Below, in pieces: positions 28,047-41,660 of a DNA stretch of 64,000 nucleotides. The position numbers and the translations under genes were made by a program. Origin of the DNA: Malacoraja senta (taxonomy: Eukaryota); contig CM075989.1 of assembly GCA_038087875.1 (NCBI GenBank), forward strand, positions 12,154,001-12,218,000, given 5' to 3'. Position 1 is the stretch's first letter; every line of letters begins with the position of its first letter. The notes under the pieces were generated by a model. The model saw nothing but the letters and a program-made list of their open reading frames with translations, was not told where the DNA came from and searched no databases.

Positions 28047-28244
28047 TACAGTTAGCCATGCTCTTCCTACAGATACCTTCGCCAATTGATCTGTTTACGT
28101 CTGATGACTGGCTTGTTTTTTTTGTTCATCTGTCATGTTAGCCCACTAGAAATTGGTATGCACTACAGCGTGTTTAAAAGAGAAGTTATAATGCATTAAA
28201 TGGCATTTGATTCTCATTTCGTATTTATCTCTATTATTTTTTAG

Positions 28245-28373
28245 GTCCTCCAAAATAAATATGGTGGCTGGCAGAACAGTAGTATGATTAACTTCTTTAA
28301 TGATTATGCCAACCTGTGTTTTGAGAAGTTTGGTGACCGCGTGAAACATTGGATTACTTTCAACAATCCATGG
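28245..28373 (+). CDS. LCTL: LCTL exon 5
   Basis: [43 protein letters not shown]. The acid/base NEP motif reads NNP. Confidence 0.95.
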
Positions 28374-30268
28374 GTACGTTTTATGTCATAATGCAGTTTG
28401 ATTAATTGAACATTAACTTGTGGAACGCAACGCTGGGAGATGAGAGGTATCAGTCACCAATTGTTCAGCACTGATACATTTCGACTCCAGTATTCCTTAA
28501 AAAGCTGTGCAAGTAAAGCCTTTTAGATAGGCATGTGGCTATGCACAAATGGAAGGATATGAATCACATCTACAGGCAGAGCAGATTAGTGTAACTTATC
28601 ATCATGTACAGCATTGACACTGTGGGCCAAACTGTACTGTTCTATGTACATGATTAGAGTTATTTTATTTGTATCTGTTCTAACAATGTAACTCTTCCAC
28701 ATTGCACAATTGTATATATGCTCTCAGTTGTTTGTTTATAAGCAAATTGGCTCTGAACTCTCCCCATTAAAAAAAGCTCACACTTGTATGATTAAACATT
28801 TCTCCATTCTTATTGGATCCAGTTTCAATCTAATGTTAAAGACTTGGTTCCCTGTGCTTTGGTAGCATGATAGCCCATTGCAAAAGTGGCCACACTGTTC
28901 CCAGAAGGAACAGTGAGAAGACTTGCTTTTACATAGTACCTTTTCACACTGCTGAGGTGCGGTGACATACTTTGTTTTGGAAACATGGCAACTACCTTTC
29001 ATACTCAAAATGTTGAGCGCTGCCATGTGTTCAGAACTCTATTTGAAAGTAACAACTAAAATTATTGAAAATGGTTTCAAAATAAATATTAATTATGATG
29101 ACTTGAGACCATCTTTTTCCAACTTTACTTTTCTATATCATTCAGTTGAAGCCCATCTTATACCATTCTCCATGGTGTTTCCATTCTGTTTCATATATTA
29201 ATTGAAAGCATAAGTAAGAAACAAAATTTAAAATATAAAAATTGAACCATAGGATCTAAAATTAATTAGTTCTCAAATATTATTTTTTTGAGAATGAATT
29301 AAGCAAAATTCTCTCCAATTCAACAAACTGTTTATGATCTGTAATGCGATGTCCTCGTCGCAGGCAGTGGCCTGTGATTGGTTAATTACCAGTTTATCCT
29401 ATGTGTTGTGTTGGCAAATTTATGAAGGATTATCCTTGGCAATTTCTTGTTTAACCCATTCGTCTCACCTCTCAAGCTCCACCTCCATTATTGATGTCAC
29501 TCTCAATCTCACATGAGAATTCTATAACCAGACAGAGTCATAGAGTGATACAACGTGGAAACAAGCCCTTCAGCCCAACTTGCCCACACCGGTCAACCTG
29601 TCCCAGCTACACGGGTTTGGTCAATATCGCTCCAAATCTGTCCTATCCATGTACCTAACTACTTCTTAAATGTTGGGATAGTCCCTGCCTCAACTCCCTC
29701 CTCTGGCAGCTTGTTCCATATACCCACCACCCCTCAGCTTCCGATTAAATCTCTTCCCCTTCACCTTAAACCTATGTCTTCTGGTCCTCGATTCGCCTAT
29801 TCTGGATAAGAGACTGTGCATCTACCCAATCTATTCCTCTCATGATTATACACCTCTATAAGATCACTCCTCAACTTCCTGCTCCCAAAGGAATAGAATC
29901 CCAGCCTACTCAACCTCTCCCTATAGCTCAGAAACAATCATTTTTTTGCTCAATGCAGATATCCTGCTGTCAACACTTTTCTTATAAACCTGATGAAAGA
30001 CCACAAAGCAAATATCCCTTGCCAGGCTAATAACTGGTACAAATACTTATTTCTTTCCCACTCTTTGCCACTCGTTTCGAATGACTGCAAGCAAGGAAGA
30101 TGGGTAGACCATGTTTGGGAAAATACCTGGTGCTGGCCTACATGGTTGCAGCTCCATCGTGGGAAATCTAAGTACAATTTCCACTCCTCAGGAGCTTTAG
30201 ATAACAATAGAATAAGTGGGATATGTTTGGACTACCATCAACGGATGCTTATGTATTATATATTGTAG

Positions 30269-30364
30269 TCCATAGCTGTCGAAGGATACGAGGTTGGACA
30301 GCATGCCCCAGGGTTAAAGCTCAATGGAATAGGAGGTTACAGGGCAGCACATAACATTATTAAG
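30269..30364 (+). CDS. LCTL: LCTL exon 6
   Basis: SIAVEGYEVGQHAPGLKLNGIGGYRAAHNIIK. tag| acceptor, |gtaagt donor. Confidence 0.93.
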
Positions 30365-31213
30365 GTAAGTTTCTATATCAAAAAATTGTTTAACAATGAA
30401 ATAAAAGAACACTAAATTCTGATAATCTAGCACACTTGGTACTTTGGTGGTGCTAGACTCACAGATGTTATTATCCCTTTTTGAAATACCAACTAACTTT
30501 TAATTCACTTTATGATAAACTTCCCAGTGAATCGGGTGTTTAGAAGGATGTGGGAATGCGGCTCTGGTGAGTTCAAAGGAAGTATAAGAATGGGGTCTCA
30601 TGAGATTAAAGGCAGTATGGGAACAGCGTCTTCATGAGTTTCAAGGGAATGTAGGATTGGGGCCAGTTAGTTAAATAGGAGCACAGTCAACAGAACCAAG
30701 TGAGCTGGATTCCAATCCATGAGGATTTATGAGAAAACAGATAGTGGATCATCAGTTTTGCTCTATTTGCTTGCAGCCAGCATCTTCCCTGATCTGACGA
30801 GGTCCTCATGCAGCATTCTCCAATCAATTTGCATAAAACAAAATGCAACAGACATGAGGAATTAATCAGTTTTGCCAGTGGTTGAGACCAGGACATGAGC
30901 AGCACATGCATGCTCAGCCTCATAGGATCTGCCATATACCGTACTGGACCTCTGGCAATGCAGCACTGCTTCAGTATTGCACCAAGGCCAAATGGGTTCC
31001 CACAATGTGGCTTCAATCCATGACCAAGGTCGAGGGTCACCAATGGGAGAAGCCTTACTCACCACCTTCTGATGTCTGGTTTTGGAGGAAGGGCTTTTTC
31101 TGTTCCTTTTGGTGGGTGAGACAGCTGGAAATTTTAAATAAGGTTGTGGGGGAGGAAAATGTGAAGAAGCCATGATTTCAGTAACACTCTTGGTGTTGAC
31201 TTCTCTTTCACAG

Positions 31214-31268
31214 GCCCACGCGACAGCTTGGCACACGTACGACAGACTCTGGCGCAGTCGCCAAAAAG
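31214..31268 (+). CDS. LCTL: LCTL exon 7
   Basis: AHATAWHTYDRLWRSRQK. cacag| acceptor, G|gtatcg donor. Confidence 0.93.
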
Positions 31269-32893
31269 GTATCGAGCTCTCAAAAATAAGGAACAAGTCT
31301 CAAACATAAAACAAATAAGTAGCACAGGAGTGAACTGGAACTTCTAGTGTAAAGTATAGTGCATGATTTCACTACTTTCTGCTATATAGATGTGATAGGG
31401 TGATGTATCATCTGTTTCAAGTAGAATTTATGATTCGCAAGCTCCAGACTCAAATAATTCCATTAAAGATTAGAAAGGTTTAAGTTCAGCACATTTTGTT
31501 ATATTTCAGTGAGTATTAATGACTGCGCAGTTCTGCAAAATTGGGACTATCCTCCTTTAAATTGGTGGTTGAGAGGTTTTAAAGAGCTTCATATTGATGA
31601 AAGGGTTTGATAGATTAAATTAAAAAACAACCGTCCCATGGACAAGAAACAGAAACCAGAGAGCATAGATTTAAGGTAATTGGCAAAATTACAAGAAATA
31701 ATAGTATGATATTTTATGCATGTTATTTATACACTGGCTGGGAATGTTGCAAAAGCAGAATAATACCATACACATGTAGATATTACAGATAATTAAACTA
31801 TTTGCTAGATTATGGAGAAAGAAGTTGGGAATAGAACTAAGCTATGTCTTTTAATGCACATTACCACATTATAATGTTTCATAATTCAAAATAGCTAAAT
31901 TCAGTCAGTTTTAAGCAGTGTGCAAAAGATGAGATAAAAGACAAAGAGAGTCAGGGAAGGCCCTTAAGAACATCTTGTGGTTGAAGGATGGCAACAGTGC
32001 TGAATGAATGCCAGGATCACTGAGCCTTAAACATCTGGAGGCCAAACACGAGGGACTTTATCAAATGGCTTACCAAAATCAATTTAGACATCTACTACCC
32101 TTTCCTCAACGGTGACCTGTGTCATATTCTTTAAAAAACCAATCAATTTCGTAAGACATGATCAGCCGTGCTGCCATGCTAACTGCCCCGGAGTAGCCCA
32201 TTCTCTTTCAAATGTGAGTTAATCATATCCAAGAGCTTCCCTACCACTGACATGAGGCTCATCATCATATCATTTCCTGGATTCTTTCTATTTCCCTTCT
32301 TAAACGGGTCATCAATTGCTGTTCTCAGTTCACCAGGACCTCCTTGTGGCGAGAGAAGATAGAGTTCTTCATCATGGCTCTGAAATCTCCTTGCTTGCCT
32401 CTCTCAATAACCTGGGATAGTCATGGAATTCCCTCCCCAACAGCACTGTGAGACCACCTTCAGCAGAAGGATTGTGGCAGGAGAAGGCAGCTGCTCCCAT
32501 TCCATCAAGGGCAATTAGGGATGGGCAAGAAATGCTGGTCTTGCCAGCAACACCCAGATCATGAAAAATAAGTGAATGCAAAAAGGAATTTTAGAAAGTC
32601 TCCAGGAATTGAAAAGTCACATTTGAGCAGTTAAAGAGCATATTGTGAATCAAGAAGTTGACAGACCAGGAGACTACATAGGATAGTACATGGTTTAGTC
32701 CAAAACATAGCAAATATCAAAGCCAAGAGATCTTGACCAGTGGAGAAAGAGAACAAATGGTGGTTGAGGATATAGTGGATGATCTTCAACTCAGGAACCA
32801 TTTTGATTTACAAAAATCACAACTGAAACATATATATTCTAATTTAAAAGACTATTCATGTGGTACTTATTAAACATTATTTTAATATTAAAG

Positions 32894-33055
32894 GCATGGT
32901 GGGTATTTCCATCACAAGTGAGTGGGGAGATCCAGTTGACATTACAAGTCAAAAGGATATTGAGGCTGCTGAGCGATACATCCAATTTAATCTTGGCTGG
33001 TTTGCCAACCCTATTTTCAATGGCGACTACCCTCAAGTTATGAAAGACTGTATTG
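32894..33055 (+). CDS. LCTL: LCTL exon 8
   Basis: GMVGISITSEWGDPVDITSQKDIEAAERYIQFNLGWFANPIFNGDYPQVMKDCI. Confidence 0.95.
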
Positions 33056-33954
33056 GTAAGTATAAAATAATAGGATGGAATAAAGTGAGTGCACACTCCA
33101 CGCACACAGATGCATACACACACAAAGCCTATACAGCAACTTAACCTGACACAACAGAAACTAAAAACAGAGAGTAAATGAATCTGTTTAGACACATATA
33201 ATTCTGATTTTCCAATGGATTATTTAGGGGTCTAAAATGCAACCAGGCAAATGTTACAGAATGTATTTTGTTTTCTTAATATAATTTAAAATGGCACCGA
33301 TTTTGCAGTTCTTTAATTTCCCTTGTTCACTGCAGGCCAGGTGGGAACATGTGACCCCAGAAGTACCGCAGTATGGATGTAAATGCCATCCGATTTAAGC
33401 CTGGCTTTATATTAGGCAGGCAAAGGCAGAGATTCATCATATCATAACGACATGCATGAACAGTGGATGGCAACTCATGATGTTACAGCACCTGTGTCTG
33501 CATCAGTTAAAGAATTTTAAGCAGGAAGCGAAAAAATCCAAAAGTGGTAGATAGAAGGGATTCACAGACACATTGCCTGGGAAAGATACATTGTCCTATA
33601 TGACATCAGAAATGCATGTATAAATTATTTTCATGTTGTTATATATTCAACAGGGACAGTTTTTCTTCTTGTCTACTATCTACTCTGCTGGTCGGAATTA
33701 TTTCCAGCAACTAATATTGCATTCATTCCTACTCTTTCAATTTAATAAAATGTGAAAGATTTTGATTGAATCTGAGCAATGTAAAACTATTTTTATGAAG
33801 ACAATGCAATTCAATGTCACGACTGATAAAATCCAGGACAAAATGGGGCCAGTTCAAGACTTGGGCAAATTTAGCATTGGAGCCAATGGTAGTGTTCAGA
33901 ACATCTAATCTTTGAACTAATTCTAAATAACCACGGTGTTTACTCCATCAACAG

Positions 33955-34229
33955 GGAGAAAAAGTTCACAGCAAGGCCTGGGCAACTCAAGACTGCCTGC
34001 CTTCACTCCACAGGAGAAACACTTCATCAAAGGCACGGCAGACTTTTTTGGGCTGGGTCACTTCACGACCCGTTACATCACTCACAAGAATTACCATTAC
34101 AGCAAGGGACCAAATTATCACACTGATCGTGATTTAGTGGAACTCGTCGACCCACAGTGGCCAGACCCAGGATCTGAATGGCTTTACTCAGTACCCTGGG
34201 GTTTCAGAAGGATCCTGAATTTTATAAAG
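33955..34229 (+). CDS. LCTL: LCTL exon 9
   Basis: GRKSSQQGLGNSRLPAFTPQEKHFIKGTADFFGLGHFTTRY...WLYSVPWGFRRILNFIK. Confidence 0.95.
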
Positions 34230-37032
34230 GTATTTACTACAAATCGGTGACGCGTAATTCAATTTCTCATTTTGGAGTAATGACAAATGATTTACATTTA
34301 TTTATTTCATGATCCCACGACTTGTAAACGTACTATAGGCCAAAGTCCTACTTTCTCAAACCCGCCATCAGTTTGTGCACAGAAAGTCCAACTAACAGCA
34401 ATCTGATGATAACTACACCATCCACTCTTTTACTGAGGGTTAACATTTGGCCAGGACTCAGATGGCATCTTGGTTTAATGTCTCATCTCAGTACTCTACT
34501 TGAATGGTCTTCAAACTCTATAGTGGGAGTTGACTGATCCAAAGACAAGTCCGAAAATGTTTTGCAGTGTTAACCTCAAGCCACAAGTATTCAACCTTTA
34601 GCCTTCACCCAGTAGGTAGTGTTCTATGCTAGCCAAGTGTAACATCAAAAACCTGAAAACATAATCGACCAGTGTGGTTCTGAGGCGGTGTGACATCAGA
34701 ACAGATCTGGTATTTGGTTGAGACATTAAACAAGAGCCCATCTCCAGGAAGAAACAAGACACCCCATTGCAATACTTCAAAAATAGTGTTCTCTCAGTTT
34801 TCAGGTCTATATTTATCTCTCAACCAATTTAACTCCTCCTCAGATTGCTGATAGTGGGATCATAGAACACACAAATGGATTGTTTTCTGCATCATGGCAG
34901 AAAACATTTAATTAGCTGTTAAACACTTTGAATAAATCAATTTGAGTTATTAAATATGCTACATAAATGTGTTCTTTCTTTATAAACATTCATATCCTTA
35001 CACCTACATTCAGTAGGCCATTGTTTGTTCAGCACTGTATAACTTTACTCTGAATTAGTACTGCTGCCCTGCTAAGCCAGCGTGAGCACTCACCAAGGAC
35101 GTTATTAACTCTAATCTGTTCCTTGGCACCAGTTTGCTAACTACGCTTTCCAGCCTCCAGTTTGCATTGTCGATCCATGGTGCAAAGGCTCATTAAATGT
35201 TAGGAGCTCAGATAGGATGGAAACTTCCTGCAAAGTGCAACACCAGTAAATACTTCCCTTCACTGAGCACAAAGATAAAACAAATCTAACAATGAAAGAA
35301 TGTAACAAGCTCTATCTCAGATTCCTATCCTGAGAGGAAAGGTGTGAAGACATTAAAAAGAACCATGAAAAGATTGATGAGAATATTTCTAGAAGTGAGG
35401 CTCTATGAATTCAAGGAAAGATTGGAGAAATTGCAACTGTCCTTTCCAGCAGGAAAGAGTAAAGTATATAAAATGATGAAGGGTCAGGACAGAGTTGATA
35501 GCGGGAGGATGTATCACTGTTGAAGGGCTCCGGGAAATAGAGGTTATGGGCATAAAATAAGAGAGAAGGCACAAGAGGATTTTTTTTTGTACATAGCATG
35601 GTTGGAATCTGTAGTGCATTATCTGTAAGTGTAGTCAAGGCAGGTCCATATCGTCTTCGAGACTGCATATTTATGGTAAGGAATAATTTGCAAGGCTACA
35701 GAGAAGAGGTGGAGTAGGAAGAGGTGGATAAGAAAATAGTGAGCTGCATATATGTATGGCAAACAAAAAAAGCACAATTTCTGAACTCTATTTTGTTCCC
35801 TTATTATAATGGTTGGGTTCATGCTGCATTATGGAAGTACGAGAACAAATGCACCATTAGTTTTGAAAATCTTCTTAAAAAATAAATTTCACAGCCTCAC
35901 CCAGAATTTACCTCATTCCGTTGCCCAGGAAGATGGTGGTCACTCTAGTCCTAGTGGTGGAGTACTTTAGGTAGGCGGCAGTTCCTTCATTTTAACATTC
36001 TCAAAGATAATAAAAGAATAGCAATGGGTCCAAGATGGAGGGAAAGTTAGATTCCATCCACTAGACGGAAGTGTTCGATTTTAAAACAGAAATGGTGTTG
36101 AACTCAACCAATCAAGCTGCATCTATGGAAAGAGTAACCAGTTAATACTTCAGGTTGAAGACCCTTCATAACCAAAACATTAACTGGTTTCTCACTTCAC
36201 AGATGCTTCTTAACTGGCTGAATTCTTCCAGCTTTGCCACTATTGTTCCAAGATCTTTTGGGTTGTCAAGATCACAAGATTGGGACGTGGTGCTGAAGAA
36301 GCTTCATCCATCTGCCACTGTGACAGCCGTGGACAATTTATCCACACTTGTACCGGGATTATAACACAGACTCAGAAGCAGGCCTCTAACTGAAGCTTTG
36401 GAAGATGAACACCATACCCAACATCATTTTTAAATCACATAGAAGTTTAGAAAATATGTTTTTATTAAAAGAAGCAGAACAAACAACATGAAATACATAA
36501 ACAGCAAAAATAACAAAATTCCAGGGAGACATTTCAGACATTTAATTGTGTTAACATAGATTTGAGGTGAAGGGTATGTGTAAGCTCTTGCGTATATACG
36601 TTCATCTGGAAAAAAAACAAAAAGGTTGGTCTCATAAATTGCATATTATTTGTGGAAAAACTGACTTTTTGTGATTCCTCACCCTAATTACGATCCAAAG
36701 GTGCTGAACAAACAAATTACTTTCCAGTCATAAATACCATACATATTTGTGGGAATTTGCACACAGCAACTTCATTTGTTCAGAAATCTCTAGCTCTTTG
36801 TACAAAAAAAAATCACCACATGCATTTAAAACAATACACAATGTAATAGTTCACTCCAGCAGAATTGGCTTCTTTACAATTGGTCAACAATGCAAGACAT
36901 GTTCTGCTTTCTGTCAAGCCTGGCTTTAAAATAAAATTAAAAGTCAGTCTGGATGAGTTCGACTAACAATAAATTTGAAATTTGGGAATGAAATTTTTGA
37001 TTTGCAACACTTTTGTTTTCTATTTGTTTCAG

Positions 37033-37159
37033 AGTCGATATGGTAACCCTAGGATCTATGTGACAGAAAATGGAGTGTCGGAGAAATGGCAGTGTACTGA
37101 GTTGTGTGATAAGTGGCGAATACAGTACATGAATAATTATGTTAATGAGATTCTTAAAG
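37033..37159 (+). CDS. LCTL: LCTL exon 10 (nucleophile motif)
   Basis: SRYGNPRIYVTENGVSEK...NEILK, with the GH1 IYVTENG motif. Confidence 0.95.
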
Positions 37160-38391
37160 GTAGGTCTTCATATCTAAATAAGGCATTTTCCATGATAATA
37201 CATTAAACTTGAATTAATTGCTATTGTTATTCCCCCATGGGAGTGAACAAAAATTAGAAGGCGGGTATTTGTTTTTAAATGAAATTTGGTGGTCTGCTGA
37301 AGGTTAGTTGCATCAATTAGTACATCACACCTTCAGTAGCCTGGATCCAATCCTGATCTCGGGTACTGTCCGCATGGTGATTGCATATTCCTGCAGCCTC
37401 AAAGTGTGTTAATTGCAGAAATCATCTAACATTTTGGTACTAATGCCTCCATATATCTTGCATATTTGGATATTGTTATGAAAATTTAGTTGCAAAAAAT
37501 TGTTTAAATTATACATATTCTAAATAAGTTGAGGAACATAAGGAGTAGGAGTAGGAGTAGTCCATTCGACCTTTCTGAATTTGCTTCACCATTCATCATA
37601 ATCTTAGCTGATCTCCCTCAGCATTGTTTTCCTGCACTATTTCCTTATCCCTCAACTCCCTTTGTATCCAGAAATCTATAAAACTCCTCAGCAAGTGGAA
37701 CTACCCTGTATACAGCTGTCAAGGCCGACAGGTATTTTATCAAAGTTTCAATGAGATCACCTCTCATTCTTGCGTGAGAATACAGACCCAGACCACTAAA
37801 GCTCTATTCTTACGGCAAATTTGCCATGACAGTGGAGAGGCAGGTGGTAGCAGTGTTTGCTCTACATCGTTCTGTAATCAAACAAAATCCACCATGCAGC
37901 AGCTGGATTAAAAAAAGATGAGACAGAGAAAGAGAACGTGGGTGAGCATGACGGAAGGCAGCGAGAGAAAAGGGAACATAAGAGTGAAGATGGAGAAGAC
38001 AGTCAGGGAGAGAAAGCAGAGGAGAGAACTGATTTGATTACGATAGGCAGAGTGAGATGATACAAAGATAGGAGAAATGGCTACTTTTCTCTTATCAATA
38101 AATAAACATCTGCTTATATTTTTAGATGCTGCAATTGAGAACAATCAATCCTGATAGCCTTTTTGAGAAAAAGATGATTTGTAGTTATTTTAGTATCATC
38201 CAACCAAAGCAAACAAAATTCACAGTGGTTTGGACCTAAACCTTTTTTTCTGACTGAAACATTGCTATGTATGTATTATCTGAATTTTTCTTCATGTAAA
38301 TGCTCATGAGATCATGATGAGTTTCCAGCATTTCCTGATGCTATATCAAATCGTTGTGTTTATAATCACATGTGGTTTTGAAACATTGCAG

Positions 38392-38591
38392 CTGTGAAAG
38401 ATGGTGCTCAAGTGAAGGGTTACACATCCTGGTCACTGCTGGATAATTTTGAATGGGATGAAGGGTATTCAGAAAGATTTGGCCTTTACTACATTGATTT
38501 TAAAACCAAACACAAGAGAAGGTATCCCAAGGCTTCAGTTCAATATTACAGGAAGATGATCAGCTCCAATGGATTTCCCAACCAGAGAGAA
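38392..38591 (+). CDS. LCTL: LCTL exon 11
   Basis: AVKDGAQVKGYTSWSLLDNFEWDEGYSERFGLYYIDF...NGFPNQRE. Donor |gtgagt. Confidence 0.95.
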
Positions 38592-38645
38592 GTGAGTACC
38601 ACAGTTTATTTAATTAACAACAATAATACTCACTTTCAGTGATTA

Positions 38646-39565
38646 CTCGACCAAGTGAGACCCGTCGGGCCCCGTTCCACCAACGCAATATTCCACCACT
38701 CACCCGTTCCCGTTGTGACGCGAGTCACGGCAACCCTCCCCCAACTGCGCCTCGCCATCCCTCTTTCTACCCCTATCCTCCTCCATTCCCCCTCATCCCC
38801 CAGCACTCCCTCCCCTCCTCTACACCCTCCCTCTTCTTCCCCCTCTCCTCCTCCCCTCCCCCACTCCCTCCCCTCTCCCTTCCCCTACCGCCACTCCCTC
38901 CCTCCGTAACCTCTCTCCCCTCCCTACCCCCCTCCTCTCTCTCTCTATTCCCGTTCCCCCACTCACCTCCCCCCATCCCACACCCCCACTCTCCCTCTGG
39001 ACCTCCCCCACTGCCCTCCTCTATCTCCCACTCCCTACCTCCCCCCTCTTTCCCTCTATACCCCCCTCCTCCTCTCCCTCTATCCCCCTGCTCCCCCATT
39101 CCTCACCTCCCCCCTATCCCCCCCCAATGAAAATTGGGTGTGTTTTTTTAAATGAAACCTCCCCCTTATCTCCCCCCCACATACGAGAAAAAAAAATGTT
39201 CGGCACGGACTTGAAGGGCCGAGATGGCCTGTTTCCGTGCTGTTATGGTTATATGGTTATATTTTGAAAACGGCTTTTTTAAAAATGTAATGGAATTCTG
39301 GATCCCATTGTGACGTCATTGTGAGATGGAACGCTGCTGTGGTTTTTAAAAGGGAGTTTTTTTTCATGTAAAGGAGATCCCATTGTGATGTCATTGTGGG
39401 CTGGAACACTGCTGAGGGGCAGAGGTTTTTAAAAGCTTTTTTTAAAGTTTTAAACGTGAATAACTTGTAAAATATACCATCAATCTGAATAAAATTTGTT
39501 TAATTTACATCACAGGACAATGGTGAGTAAGGTGGTGCAAAGGATGTAGCGCTATTGTGTACTGT
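38646..39565 (-). mobile_element. Helitron-like element, copy 3 (5'-truncated)
   Basis: Reverse complement shares the hairpin/ACTTGGTC end, G-rich tract and internal motifs with copies 1 and 2. Confidence 0.65.
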
Positions 39566-39914
39566 GGTGTATTGTTGAACGGCAGTGCAGTCCTGTACCT
39601 ATTTTTTATGTTTCTCTGAATCAATGGACTGTTGAGAGAGCATCAGGTTATAAAACTAGCTGAATGTGCTATTTCTCATGTTGCTTAACTATCCTGAACT
39701 CAGTAACACTGATTCAGTGCATCTCGTGATGTTTTTATTTTTCACGTTGAATCAGCAGTGGAGGAGAAAGATATTGATTTAAATGAAAAGGTGGAAAAGT
39801 GTGGAATTGGAAACTTCAATGTGCATTTCACTCCTACAGCCTTTGTAAACATTTTGCTATTTTATGCCTGATAAAAGGTAATTAGATAACACTGGCATGA
39901 AAGTAAAGAATGTA

Positions 39915-40290
39915 CGTATAAGATTGTTAAGGGTTTGGACACGCTAGAGGCAGGAAACATGTTCCCAATGTTGGGGGAGTCCAGAACCCAGGGCCACAGT
40001 TTAAGAATAAGGAGTAAGCCATTTAGAACGGAGACGAGGAAACACTTTTTCTCACAGAGAGTGGTGAGTCTGTGGAATTCTCTGCCTCAGAGGGCGGTGG
40101 AGGCAGGTTCTCTGGATGCTTTCAAGAGAGAGTTAGATAGGGCTCTTAAAAATAGCAGAGTCAGGGGATATGGGGAGAAGGCAGGAACGGGGTACTGATT
40201 GGGGATGATCAGCCATGATCACATTGAATGGCGGTTGGTGCTGGCTCGAAGGGACAAATGCCCTACTCCTGTACCTATTGTCTATTGTCT
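39915..40290 (+). mobile_element. CR1/HER1 3' fragment
   Basis: FFSQRVVSLWNSLPQRAVEAGSLDAFKRELD followed by the 3' UTR and tail. Confidence 0.85.
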
Positions 40291-40460
40291 ACTGATACTG
40301 AACAAATCAATACTTAGTATAATTTAACAATACAGTAGGAAACTGGCCACCTCCCGTGTTTTGTTTACCATAACATTGTTTTTCCTCCCCACGGCAGCAG
40401 AATGTTGGTTCTTATCCAAATGATGGTGATTAAACAAACTTTCCACTTTTCTTTGGGTAG

Positions 40461-40524
40461 ATTGAAAACTGGCTGCGTAAGGCCGCTGAGACATGCTCAA
40501 CCACCAATGCATTGCTTGCTGCAG
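40461..40524 (+). CDS. LCTL: LCTL exon 12
   Basis: IENWLRKAAETCSTTNALLAA, an LCTL-specific stalk. Donor G|gtaggt, phase 1. Confidence 0.9.
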
Positions 40525-41165
40525 GTAGGTGAACATTGTCACAAAGGCATTTAGAAGCACATCTGGAGCAAGGCAACAAAGCCCATCAATGTCTGCTCTA
40601 GCCAGAGCACAAATGTAGTAATTATACCATTGTCTTTTTCTGGGCTGCCTAGCTGATGATATTTCACCTTATGGGACACAAAGATCCCTCCCTCTTTGCA
40701 GAACACAAACAAGTTAAGTCATTATTTATATAACTCAAGTAATCACCCTCCCACTCCCCATTCGACAAAGAACAGTTGTGTGTGTTTATCAAAATATGGG
40801 AAGGAGCGTTATTCAGTGACAGTGCCCATCCATTCTATTTGATTAGCATCAGACAGTGGCAGCTCACTATTATTGCCTGCTGTAAATACCTTGGAATTTG
40901 CATTGGCCAGAGTAAATTATGAGTCAAACAGCACAGAAATGGGGTCTTCTGAACACACCTTCAGCATTAGGGCCACACCTTCCATGCCGTGCCTATTTAA
41001 CTGTCTTGTCTAAATGCCTCCTAAAGTGATTGTATCTGATTCCACCGCCCCTCCTCTGGCAGGGCATTCCATATATCAATCACTCTGTGTAATAATAATC
41101 TTTCCACTACGGTCCTCTTTAAATCTCTTGCCTCTTAACTTAAACCTATGCCCTTGTTTTTGATA

Positions 41166-41660
41166 GGAAGTGCAGCGTAGGTTCACCAGATTAATTCCCG
41201 GGATGGCGAGACTAACATAAGATGAATGAATGGATCGACTGGGCTTGTATTCACTGGAATTTAGAAGGATGAGAGGGAATGTTATAGAAACAAATAACAT
41301 TCTTAAGGGATTGGACAAGCCAGATGCAGCAAAAATGTTCCTGATGGGGGAGTCCAGAACCAGGGGTCACAGTTTAAGAATAAGGGGTAGGCCATTTAGG
41401 ACTGAGATGAGGAAGAACTTTCAGCCAGAGAGTTGTGAATCTGTAGAATTCTCTGCCACAGAAGGCAGTGGGGGGGCAATTCACTGAATGTTTTCAAGAG
41501 AGTTAGATATAGCGCTTTGGGCTAATGGAATCAAGGTATATGGGAAGAAAGCAGGAATGGGGTACCGATTTTGGATGATCAGCCATGATCACAATGAATG
41601 GCAGTGCTGGCTCAAAAGGCCGTATGGCCTACTCCTGCACCTTATTTCTATGTTTCTATG
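41166..41660 (+). mobile_element. CR1/HER1 3' fragment
   Basis: RLGLYSLEFRRMRG..SRTRGHSLRIRG and a (tttctatg)n tail. Confidence 0.85.

Noticed and set aside
38639..39130. 163-aa proline-rich ORF and similar ORFs at 22442-23558
   Set aside because: These are translations of the C/G-rich low-complexity interior of the Helitron-like repeat.
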